Virus record (IMG/VR): IMGVR_UViG_3300005512_000170
Location: 1 to 33,589 of that record
Length of the DNA stretch: 33,589 nt
Origin: a virus
Lineage: Duplodnaviria; Caudoviricetes
Reading direction: 5' to 3' (one strand)
Position 1 is the stretch's first letter, and each line of letters opens with the position of its first letter. A program made the position numbers and the translations under genes. Of the stretch, positions 17,867 through 25,954 are shown in pieces. The notes under the pieces are model-generated. The model was not told the DNA's origin. It did not search any database and saw only the letters and a list, made by a program, of their open reading frames with translations.

Positions 17867-18796
17867 TTATTTTCCTCTTCTTGATCTTCTTGATTTTTTT
17901 GGCTCTAGTTTAGCCGAATAATTAATATAAACCTCGCTATCTTTACCTGCGACTTCTGCTAACTCTTCTAAGTAGTCCTTAGCTTCGTCTAGCTCTCCGT
18001 CACTTATTGCATCATCAATGTCTGCACATATATCATCTATTTCGCTATCACTATCATCTCCTTCTATAAATTTATCTTTCCACTCATTATACAGACTCTC
18101 ATCTTCATCTTTAAGCTCTTCTAAAAGTTTTAGAAAGTCTTTTTTATCTCCATCGTCAATGGCACTCTTAATGTCCTGAATGATCTCTTTGATAACTTCA
18201 TCTTGATCCGAAGTTTGTGTAGAACCCTGATCATTATCATCTGCTTCCACGTCTCGCTCATCACTTTCGGTCTCATCGTCTTTTACCTCCACTTTATCAG
18301 GATCACCAAAGTCTACTAATAGGTCTTTAGCACCCTCTACATCTTTATCTTTAACACAAAATAGAAGATCCTCTAACATATCTTCCACCTCATCGTCACC
18401 CATAGCAAACCATTTTTTACGCAGTTCATCACTATAAGATCTAAACGCTTTACGATCTCCTGCCTCTATAATGTTATATAACTCTTGGTATGGGTCAGCA
18501 GGAACCTCTACAGGTGTTTCAGTAGTTGGCTCTTCATCACTTAGTGCTGCAAGTAACTTATTAAGTCCGTCGAAGTAGTCTCTTTGAAGTGCTGTGGTAT
18601 ATCTTGTAGCTTCAGTAACTCGATCAGCTTTAATGATAGTCATATTAGGTACGTCAAGTTTACCACCAAAAGTTTTACCTTTGAAAGTAATAATCTTTCC
18701 ATCTTCTACTCTTTGAGGTAGGAACTTTAATCTCTCGATATCGCTCTTAGCTTTAACAATATCTCCCATTGTTGTAAGTACAGTTTTTAAAAACAT
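17867..18796 (-). CDS. Highly acidic helical-repeat protein of unknown function
   Basis: 309 aa, Asp/Glu-rich C-terminal two-thirds, four helical hairpin-like repeats, AAGGAG RBS, own promoter. Confidence 0.75.
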   Translation of the reverse strand: MFLKTVLTTMGDIVKAKSDIERLKFLPQRVEDGKIITFKGKTFGGKLDVPNMTIIKADRVTEATRYTTALQRDYFDGLNKLLAALSDEEPTTETPVEVPADPYQELYNIIEAGDRKAFRSYSDELRKKWFAMGDDEVEDMLEDLLFCVKDKDVEGAKDLLVDFGDPDKVEVKDDETESDERDVEADDNDQGSTQTSDQDEVIKEIIQDIKSAIDDGDKKDFLKLLEELKDEDESLYNEWKDKFIEGDDSDSEIDDICADIDDAISDGELDEAKDYLEELAEVAGKDSEVYINYSAKLEPKKSRRSRRGK

Positions 18797-18834
18797 AGCT
18801 TTATCTCCTTTTTTTTGCTTTATGTACGATATGA

Positions 18835-18867
18835 ATCTTAGTTAATAATTACTTAATAACAGCTTAA
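18835..18867 (-). promoter_or_regulatory. Promoter for the acidic protein-SSB operon
   Basis: TTAAG-N6-TTAAG-N11-TAAGAT, same spacing as the two promoters at 23325-23375. Confidence 0.65.
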
Positions 18868-19049
18868 CTATCTAACTCTTCTAAAATTTCTTTTATAATC
18901 TCTACACTTGCTTCATCAAAAATATGAATTTGCTTATCCATACAGTTGATGACATTATTCACGTGCATAATATGTTCACATAACCCTTCATCATATTGTT
19001 CTAAGAATGTGAACTCACCGTCTCTATAACTTAAGAATTCTAATATCAT
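18864..19049 (-). CDS. Hypothetical acidic protein
   Basis: 61 aa, ATGA overlap with the upstream gene. Confidence 0.65.
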   Translation of the reverse strand: MILEFLSYRDGEFTFLEQYDEGLCEHIMHVNNVINCMDKQIHIFDEASVEIIKEILEELDS

Positions 19050-19441
19050 TTCCCCAAGACCTTTTTAGCAGCGTTAATAAATTTGATAGTAGTTTTACTT
19101 CGAGATCCGAATGATTTATTTAACCATTGATATATCCCTTCTGAAGTAGTACCCATGTGAGGGGATAATGCTCTTGCAACTTTACCATAGGTATTATAGA
19201 TCGTCGATAACTCTTCTAACAACTCTATAGCTTCGCTATACTCATCGCAAACAACTTGATTGACTTTATAGTTATCTTGCATATACCACTCGCCATCGAT
19301 TAATTTAAATAGAGATGTGTCACCCCTCTTTTTATGTGCAGTCTTTAAAGAATAAATCGCACTATAATCAGGATCTCCATGTTTTAAGCCTCTCATCTTC
19401 ATATAATCTTTTATTTTAATCATGTTTGAAAATCTCCTCAT
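19046..19441 (-). CDS. Hypothetical protein, possible C-terminal HTH
   Basis: TYGKVARALSPHMGTTSEGIYQWL resembles an HTH; exact start uncertain. Confidence 0.55.
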   Translation of the reverse strand: MRRFSNMIKIKDYMKMRGLKHGDPDYSAIYSLKTAHKKRGDTSLFKLIDGEWYMQDNYKVNQVVCDEYSEAIELLEELSTIYNTYGKVARALSPHMGTTSEGIYQWLNKSFGSRSKTTIKFINAAKKVLGK

Positions 19442-19643
19442 ATATACAGCTCACGTCAATCGGTTTATAGAACTCCTCAAACTCTTCAAAGTCTAGTAGA
19501 CTCTCTTGTCCTTCTTTGAATCTACAAACCCACTTAACTAATACCTTTTTGCGTGATACTGTAGGGTGTATATGACTCCACTCGATGTAGTGTCTTAAGA
19601 CTAATGCCAAACACTCACTCCCTTCTCTCTTGTATAATGTCAT
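19416..19643 (-). CDS. Hypothetical protein
   Basis: 75 aa in a chain of overlapping ORFs. Confidence 0.6.
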   Translation of the reverse strand: MTLYKREGSECLALVLRHYIEWSHIHPTVSRKKVLVKWVCRFKEGQESLLDFEEFEEFYKPIDVSCIYEEIFKHD

Positions 19644-19732
19644 GTTATTATCCCATTAATGTAGATGTAAGATATAGATGTAGCTCCTAATATCATTAAT
19701 ATATAATATAGAACAGCTTCTTTATGTGTCAT
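19640..19732 (-). CDS. 30-aa single-TM peptide
   Basis: MTHKEAVLYYILMILGATSISYIYINGIIT*; ATGA overlaps at both ends; not in the ORF track. Confidence 0.6.
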   Translation of the reverse strand: MTHKEAVLYYILMILGATSISYIYINGIIT

Positions 19733-19920
19733 ACCATTACCTTATAATCAGCTTCAAGATCTGTTAAGATAATCTGAGTCTTTAAGTTGAAAGTATCAGG
19801 TTTCTCTTTGAGTATCTCATACACTTCATTAACACTATAACGATGTTCTCTATAAGTATCCTCTTCTTCAAAAGTAATAAGACCATTTTCAATACCTAAG
19901 CGTTTTAGATTCAGTTTCAT
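19729..19920 (-). CDS. Hypothetical protein
   Basis: 63 aa with an AAGGTGAG RBS and coupled ends. Confidence 0.65.
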   Translation of the reverse strand: MKLNLKRLGIENGLITFEEEDTYREHRYSVNEVYEILKEKPDTFNLKTQIILTDLEADYKVMV

Positions 19921-20075
19921 TTCTCACCTTTGCAATTTTGTAATAGTATCTCATACGCGTCTATGATATGAGATTCATTAGTTTTCTGTTCGCCTATATT
20001 AACAGTCTGTAGTGTAGCGATCATCGTAGCTAGTGCAGCAATTACAGCTGTAAAAGCTTCTATATACTTTTTCAT
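19917..20075 (-). CDS. 52-aa protein with N-terminal hydrophobic segment
   Basis: MKKYIEAFTAVIAALATMIATLQTVNIGEQK...NCKGEK*; TAATG overlap with dUTPase and ATGA overlap downstream; not in the ORF track. Confidence 0.65.
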   Translation of the reverse strand: MKKYIEAFTAVIAALATMIATLQTVNIGEQKTNESHIIDAYEILLQNCKGEK

Positions 20076-20524
20076 TAACTAAAATCCATCGTCATCTGCT
20101 TAGGGTGATCGTCTGTACTACCAAAACCACCACTACGGTCTGTGTCTGAGTGGATACCTAGTAAGTGAGTCTGATGCTCTTTAAGTAAGAGTTGAGCTAT
20201 GCGATCTCCTTTATTGATCTTTACAGGGTCAAGGTTCATATTACTAATGACTATCTTGATCTCATCTGCATAGTCCATGTCAATAATTCCCACACCACTA
20301 ACTAATCCTTTTACTCTTAGACTAGAGCGTGGGTGTAACTCCATGTAGTGAGTTCTTTTGAAATACTCGTCTATATCATCATCTAACTCTAAGCTAACAC
20401 CAAGTCCTACTACTACTGTATTACCACCATATACAATGACATCTTCGTTTGCATATAAATCTACTGCTGCGGAAAACTTTGTTCCTTTAGTGGGAATAGT
20501 TCCACCATTTACTGTTTTAATCAT
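20075..20524 (-). CDS. dut: Trimeric dUTPase
   Basis: AAVDL, PRSSL, GIIDMDY, GDRIAQL and RSGGFGST (motifs I-V). Confidence 0.93.
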   Translation of the reverse strand: MIKTVNGGTIPTKGTKFSAAVDLYANEDVIVYGGNTVVVGLGVSLELDDDIDEYFKRTHYMELHPRSSLRVKGLVSGVGIIDMDYADEIKIVISNMNLDPVKINKGDRIAQLLLKEHQTHLLGIHSDTDRSGGFGSTDDHPKQMTMDFS

Positions 20525-20693
20525 TTCAATCTCTCCTTAATTTTGGTTGATCCTAGTTTGATATAACTAACTCCCCACATCACCTATCCTTTTAAAATAG
20601 ATAATCAAAAAATCTGCCTCCTTTTTTTAATAATATACGTTGTATAACTACGTGTAGATGTCAAGTCCTACAAAATGTGGGGAATGGTTTTTT

Positions 20694-20975
20694 TTATTTT
20701 TGAATCATGTGGACGCCATTAATATCCAGCCTAGGTGTCAAACCACCTTTCTCGCTCACTAAATATTGAAGTTTAGTCTCATGATCTATATAAATTTTCA
20801 AACCACTGCGCTCTTTATTAACATAATCATCTGTTTTATCAAAATTTATTTTGTAATAAGAGAAAATTAAATTTATCACGTATGCGATTATTCCTAATAT
20901 TATTGCTAAAAAAACTAACTTAGCAATAACTAAGTCAGCTATTTGTAAAACTAATTGTGCTGTTTCTGGTGTCAA
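20694..20975 (-). CDS. Membrane protein with C-terminal DUF6440-like segment
   Basis: TM segment LVFLAIILGIIAYVINLIF, then IYIDHETKLQYL...GGLTPRLDING. Confidence 0.6.
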   Translation of the reverse strand: MTPETAQLVLQIADLVIAKLVFLAIILGIIAYVINLIFSYYKINFDKTDDYVNKERSGLKIYIDHETKLQYLVSEKGGLTPRLDINGVHMIQK

Positions 20976-20978
20976 TTC

Positions 20979-21656
20979 TTAATCCTTTATTTGTAGTGCA
21001 AAATTTTCGATAAATGGATATAAAGATTCATACTGTAATCTTGAAGGATCGTAAACAGGTTTCTCACTTACTCTATCTTTGAATTCTTCAAACGAACCTG
21101 TAAAGCATCCTCTAATTAACTTGAATGAATCTTTAGTTTTGTATATTCTAAGAGTTCCGTATGCTGAACCTATGTTCGATAAAGTGAAAAAGTGGTTAGG
21201 CTTAGAGATATTTGCATCTTTGTATATTTTATAGTTACCATATACTCTAGCAGTACCAAATACTTCTGCGTTACCAAATACTTCTGCGTTACCATATACT
21301 CTAGCAGTACCAAATACTTCTGCGTTACCAAATACTTCTGCGTTACCAAATACTTCTGCGTTACCAAATACTTCTGCATTACCACTTACTTCTGCGTTAC
21401 CACTTACTTCTGCGTTACCGAATATTTTAGCATTACCACTTACTCCTGCGTTATAATATATTTCAGCATTACCATATACTTTAGAATCATCGTATACCCA
21501 ACAATCACGTTCATGAGATAAATTAGACTCTTTAGCCAAATAACCTCCTAAATCTCCTTCTTTTACATTGCCAAACGACTTTAGTGCTCTGATTCGATAG
21601 AGTGTTTCGTCACCTATGACTATTGTGTCAGTGGGTAATAATTCATATTTTTTCAT
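20979..21656 (-). CDS. Hexapeptide-repeat (GNAEVF/S) beta-solenoid protein
   Basis: LYRIRALKSFGNVKEGDLGGY N-domain, 18-nt tandem repeats at about 21234-21480, C-terminal RGCFTGSFEEF. Confidence 0.85.
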   Translation of the reverse strand: MKKYELLPTDTIVIGDETLYRIRALKSFGNVKEGDLGGYLAKESNLSHERDCWVYDDSKVYGNAEIYYNAGVSGNAKIFGNAEVSGNAEVSGNAEVFGNAEVFGNAEVFGNAEVFGTARVYGNAEVFGNAEVFGTARVYGNYKIYKDANISKPNHFFTLSNIGSAYGTLRIYKTKDSFKLIRGCFTGSFEEFKDRVSEKPVYDPSRLQYESLYPFIENFALQIKD

Positions 21657-21679
21657 TTTGTATCCTCCAAATCTAATTA

Positions 21680-22459
21680 CTAATTGAAGAACTCTTTAAA
21701 CTCTTCATTACCAAATTGACCTTTGGTTAATTCTATAATCTCTTCTATAGAATAATAATCTTTGGTTTCTTCATGACTTTCTACAAAAGATTTAGTCCCT
21801 AAGGAACACGCCCCAGTAATAAGCATATACATTTTAATCATATCTTCTTTAGATAATATTGTCTCTAAAGTATAATCTTTGTACATAGAAGTATCTCTAT
21901 TAGATGCTTTGTACATTAGATCATCTTTAGCTTCTTTGATTGTTCTACCATGTGCGAAGTCAGTACCATTAGTAACTATATAAGACTCTTCTTTATCACC
22001 CCTATTAATAACTTTATATACATTTCCTTTTTTATTAATAACTTTAGAAAGTATACCATCTGCAATAATATGTTCACCTAATTCTTTATTTGCATTTAGA
22101 TACCATTTATCTTTATCTTTTTGTTTTGATAAGTAACCTTTAATATTAAAAGGACATAGTTTAATTTCTTCATTTTCTTTTGGTTGTATGACTTCAAATT
22201 TATCTCTTCTTACAATTACACAATCACTTCCAGTATCAAAAGTACATCCGCTACCAGTTTTAAAAGTACACCCATGACCTGTTTTAAATGTACAGTCATA
22301 AATTGTATCAAACGTACAATGATGAATACCAGTAAAATCAAGAACTAAACCAGTCACTTCAGAACTAAAAGTTCTAGTTTTTTCATCCCACATAAACTTA
22401 TCTAAATCTAAAGGTTTACCGTTTTTTAAAACTCTTTGTTGAACTTCTAACTTTTTCAT
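21680..22459 (-). CDS. Protein with short octapeptide (CTF[DK]TGxx) repeats
   Basis: CTFDTIYD-CTFKTGHG-CTFKTGSG-CTFDTGSD; C-terminal FAHGRTIKEAKDDL and ITGACSLG. Confidence 0.8.
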   Translation of the reverse strand: MKKLEVQQRVLKNGKPLDLDKFMWDEKTRTFSSEVTGLVLDFTGIHHCTFDTIYDCTFKTGHGCTFKTGSGCTFDTGSDCVIVRRDKFEVIQPKENEEIKLCPFNIKGYLSKQKDKDKWYLNANKELGEHIIADGILSKVINKKGNVYKVINRGDKEESYIVTNGTDFAHGRTIKEAKDDLMYKASNRDTSMYKDYTLETILSKEDMIKMYMLITGACSLGTKSFVESHEETKDYYSIEEIIELTKGQFGNEEFKEFFN

Positions 22460-22656
22460 TTTGTGCCCTCCTCTTCTGCACAGATACGGTCTTTGATCTC
22501 CTCTAAGTTATTTATCATATCCTTATAAATTTCTATTCTATTTTTAGCCATACTTACCATCTGTTCACTCGTAATGTTATCTATAATCCATTTATCTGAT
22601 CTAGTTAGAATATTAAGACTAACTATGGTCTTTTCTATCTCTTGTTTAGTTGTCAT
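22456..22656 (-). CDS. Hypothetical helical protein
   Basis: AAGGAGA RBS before MTTKQEIE, so the start is at 22656 rather than 22719. Confidence 0.65.
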   Translation of the reverse strand: MTTKQEIEKTIVSLNILTRSDKWIIDNITSEQMVSMAKNRIEIYKDMINNLEEIKDRICAEEEGTK

Positions 22657-22658
22657 CT

Positions 22659-23300
22659 CTATATCTCCTTTAACGTTAGTTCTATTGTAGTTTTTATGTG
22701 GTTTTTCCACTTTTTCCACCAGTCAAGAGCATAAGTATCCATATCTGCTATCTCTTCATCACTAAAACTGAACCACTCCTCAATCCGATAATTTTTACAC
22801 CCGATTTGCAAAACTTCTTTAGTAAATGTGATTGGATAGTGTTCTAATTGCATAGAGAACAGTTGCTCCGTGTTGCCTATAGCTCCCCTTAAGTTAGCTC
22901 CCCTTAAGTTAGCATCTCTCAAGTCAGCATCTTTTAAGTTAGCGCCTCTTAAGTTAGCACCTTTTAAGTTAGCACCTCTCAAGTCAGCACCTTTTAAGTT
23001 AGCCTCTATTAAATTAGCATCTCTCAAGTCAGCCCCTCTTAAATCAGCACCTCTCAAGTCAGCATCTCCCAAGTTAGCACGTATTAAGTCAACACCTCTC
23101 AAGTCAGCATCTCTCAAGTCAGCATCTCTCAAGTTAGCACGTATTAAGTTAGCATCTCTCAAGTCAGCCCCTCTTAAATCAGCACCTCTCAAGTCAGCAT
23201 CTCTCAAGTTAGCACGTATTAAGTTAGCTTTCTCGCCTTCGCCTGTAAATAGCCATTTCTTGTGTTCTTCTAATACTTTGTTTAGTTCTTCTCTTGTCAT
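22659..23300 (-). CDS. Pentapeptide-repeat protein
   Basis: LEEHKKWL cap, more than 20 A[DN]Lxx repeats (15-nt DNA repeats at about 22880-23230), C-terminal LQIGCK domain. Confidence 0.93.
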   Translation of the reverse strand: MTREELNKVLEEHKKWLFTGEGEKANLIRANLRDADLRGADLRGADLRDANLIRANLRDADLRDADLRGVDLIRANLGDADLRGADLRGADLRDANLIEANLKGADLRGANLKGANLRGANLKDADLRDANLRGANLRGAIGNTEQLFSMQLEHYPITFTKEVLQIGCKNYRIEEWFSFSDEEIADMDTYALDWWKKWKNHIKTTIELTLKEI

Positions 23301-23404
23301 TTCAATCTCCTTTTAAACTTTCTAAGTGTAAACTTATTTTTCTTAAATAAACATTAAGTAAGAAGTAAGTAAGATATACAAATAACAAAAAAAGGAGATT
23401 GAAA
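23300..23404. repeat. 15-bp perfect inverted repeat flanking the divergent control region
   Basis: TTTCAATCTCCTTTT at 23300-23314 and AAAAGGAGATTGAAA at 23390-23404. Confidence 0.9.
23325..23375. promoter_or_regulatory. Overlapping divergent promoters
   Basis: Rightward TTAAA-N6-TTAAG-N11-TAAGAT (23343-23375); leftward TTAAT-N6-TTAAG-N11-TACACT (23357-23325). Confidence 0.65.
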
Positions 23405-23608
23405 ATGAATATACAAGAATTTTTACAATCTAAATTAGATGAAGGTTTTACGCTAGGGAGACTCTCTTCTATATTAGAAGTATCTGCTGCAGCCCTCTCA
23501 TATCAAATGAACGGGCAGTCTAAAAGTGTTAGCTTAGCCTTGGCTAGAGAGATATATAAAAAGTTTGATATCCTACTCACAGGATTTCATATTGATGAAA
23601 TGGAGTAG
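23405..23608 (+). CDS. Cro/XRE-like HTH transcriptional regulator
   Basis: TLGRLSSILEVSAAALSYQMNG HTH pattern; ATG at 23405 after AAGGAG. Confidence 0.7.
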   Translation: MNIQEFLQSKLDEGFTLGRLSSILEVSAAALSYQMNGQSKSVSLALAREIYKKFDILLTGFHIDEME

Positions 23609-23611
23609 GAT

Positions 23612-25954
23612 ATGTTTTTCAAATATACTATAAGTAAGAACCATTATAACGCCTACAGTTATAAAGAGACTGATAAGGTGTCTGCACTTCTTAAAGATCT
23701 TGCTACAAAATGTGTTAGCCCTGTTACTGAGTATAGTGATAAAGAGATAGTATCTGCTTTAGATGGATCATCATATATGAGTAAGAACCATAGATCTAAC
23801 GCTACGCTCTTGACTAGAGGCAACTTAGGTATGATCGACTTTGAAGGTAAGAATGAGAAGCTAAGAGAGTTATTAGGTAAGTTAGATGATAAGAACTTAT
23901 TCTATGTAGCGATTCCATCTCAGTCTAATAAGAGTGATAAGCGTAATGCGAGATACCACATCATGTACCTACTGAGTAAACCGTACTCTATTAATAGTCA
24001 AGCTATGAGAGTGCAAGCTCAAGAGTTTTTTACTCACATAGGGTACAAGTGGGATACTCCTGATAGTGGTATAGATCCACGTGCTACGTTTAACGGTTGT
24101 GGATATTTCTCACCTACTATACCGATTAAAGATGCTAAGAGTAAAGGTAATAGTAAGATCACAGATCCATATATAGATATAGATGACATTGCAAAAGATA
24201 CTATTAAGAGTCTTGGTAATAATACTTATGATCCTATTGAACCTGAGAGTGAAGATGCCAATGAGAGTTATAATAATAACTTTGTCAATGGTAAACGTGT
24301 AGAAGAGATCACTACTAAGATCATGCGTACAACACGTAAAGGTTATATCTTATCTAAAGATACTCACATTATGACAAATAGTGTCGATAAGTTTGTAACT
24401 TTTGAAGCATTAGTAGAGAAGTTGGCAGAAGTAGAAGGTGAGAACCCGCGCATTAGTGGCTTAGGGTGTCCAATATGTAATCCTGAGCATACTGAGTTGA
24501 AGCCAGGTTATGCCTATATGCAATATGATTCTAATGATAATCCGTATATCTGCTGCACAGGTAACGGTTGTACAGATCGTCCATACTTCACTATGGCAAA
24601 AGGTGATATCTTAGTATATAGAGTAGAGGACTCAGCAGGTACTACTAAGTACGTAATGATTGAAGATGGTAGATTATTATACACTAACAAGCGTGATAAC
24701 TCATATAAGAGATCTCCTGAGAGTGTAGCTGATGAGTTATATAATAGAGGTCAAGCACTATTAGATGATAATAACCGTTATAGTCGAGGATTAACAATCG
24801 CTGAGTATTGTCATGGTGCAGACTCTATCGTTATCACTAATAACCCTTTTGAACCTGAAGGTATGATCGATGGAGCTATGGAGTATAACGTATCTCCTTC
24901 TGCACGTTTTGAACCTACTGAGAGTGAGCCTAATGATGTAGTTAAGGAAGCAATTAAAGCGTTTCAAGATGACGTTATGATCAACGGGTATCCTATCAGT
25001 CTCATCTATTTATCTTATTATCTATTTCATCATAGACAGATCATGGCTGTACTATTCTTAGTGAACTCAGATCGAGGTAGTGGTAAGTCATTTTGGATAC
25101 TTGATCTCCCTACATGGTACTTGGGTCACTCAAAAGTATCAGGTATGGGGAGTGCTGCGATTATGGCTCGATGGGACGATGAGAAGTTGGGATCAAAGTT
25201 AGTAGTATATGAGGACGTAGAACAACTCACACGTAATGAGCTAGGAGTATTAAGAGCTGAGATTAAGAGTGATGCTACGAATGGATCTTCTAAGATGCTG
25301 AATATCAAAGGTCAGGGTAAAACTAGATCTTTTGGGTTTAACTCAGCAGGTACTACTAATCACTACGATCAGATACCTTTTGATGGCTCAGGGGATAGAC
25401 GTATATACCCTGCTCCTTACAAGAGAATAGATAAGAGTGCATGGTTAGTCAATCGCTTTATGAGTGATACTAAAGAAGGTGTTAAGAATCGTACTAATGT
25501 AGTAAATTATCTTTATAATATATACAGATCATGTGAGAGTAATATGACTAAAGAGTTAAATAGTGCGCTCTATTATAAAGTACCGATCAGTAAGATAAAA
25601 ATTAAGGTTGAGGATAGTACCTCTACGGACGGTGTGGTAGCTATGAAGATTATTAGGAGATCACGTAACATGCGATCTGCTACTAGAGATCTAGCTCATG
25701 TAATTGCAAGTGAAGTAGATACTGAAGATCTTAAAGATATATTGAAGGATATATCTTTTGAAAAAGACAGGGTAAAAATTCATGGCGAAACCTTGCAGGA
25801 GTTATGGAAAGTTTTACCAACAGGTAGAGAGTCCGCAAAACAATATAACTATCGACAGTACCTAAAAATATTTGGTATAGAAGAAGATTTGCAGCACTCT
25901 ATACGAATTAATGGAACCGTTAAAACAGGTGTTATCCTGTATAAGGCTCTTTAA
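23612..25954 (+). CDS. Primase-polymerase/helicase fusion (AEP-type primase, Zn finger, SF3-like helicase)
   Basis: IDFE, RYH and GIDP AEP-like motifs; CPIC...CCTGNGC; Walker A RGSGKS, Walker B VVYED, TTN sensor and GDRR. Confidence 0.8.
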   Translation: MFFKYTISKNHYNAYSYKETDKVSALLKDLATKCVSPVTEYSDKEIVSALDGSSYMSKNHRSNATLLTRGNLGMIDFEGKNEKLRELLGKLDDKNLFYVAIPSQSNKSDKRNARYHIMYLLSKPYSINSQAMRVQAQEFFTHIGYKWDTPDSGIDPRATFNGCGYFSPTIPIKDAKSKGNSKITDPYIDIDDIAKDTIKSLGNNTYDPIEPESEDANESYNNNFVNGKRVEEITTKIMRTTRKGYILSKDTHIMTNSVDKFVTFEALVEKLAEVEGENPRISGLGCPICNPEHTELKPGYAYMQYDSNDNPYICCTGNGCTDRPYFTMAKGDILVYRVEDSAGTTKYVMIEDGRLLYTNKRDNSYKRSPESVADELYNRGQALLDDNNRYSRGLTIAEYCHGADSIVITNNPFEPEGMIDGAMEYNVSPSARFEPTESEPNDVVKEAIKAFQDDVMINGYPISLIYLSYYLFHHRQIMAVLFLVNSDRGSGKSFWILDLPTWYLGHSKVSGMGSAAIMARWDDEKLGSKLVVYEDVEQLTRNELGVLRAEIKSDATNGSSKMLNIKGQGKTRSFGFNSAGTTNHYDQIPFDGSGDRRIYPAPYKRIDKSAWLVNRFMSDTKEGVKNRTNVVNYLYNIYRSCESNMTKELNSALYYKVPISKIKIKVEDSTSTDGVVAMKIIRRSRNMRSATRDLAHVIASEVDTEDLKDILKDISFEKDRVKIHGETLQELWKVLPTGRESAKQYNYRQYLKIFGIEEDLQHSIRINGTVKTGVILYKAL

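Noticed and set aside
21170-21521. Alternative-frame repeat ORFs 21170-21385 and 21192-21521
   Set aside because: They are open only because of the 18-nt repeat in the hexapeptide gene.
21234-23230. CRISPR-like arrays
   Set aside because: The repeats are contiguous in-frame coding units of 15, 18 or 24 nt with no unique spacers and no cas genes.
22870-23316. 148-aa antisense ORF with LKLAP repeats
   Set aside because: It is the mirror of the pentapeptide repeats and has no independent support.
23405-23608. Lysogeny switch
   Set aside because: There is one Cro-like HTH but no CI-like repressor, integrase or partition genes were recognised.
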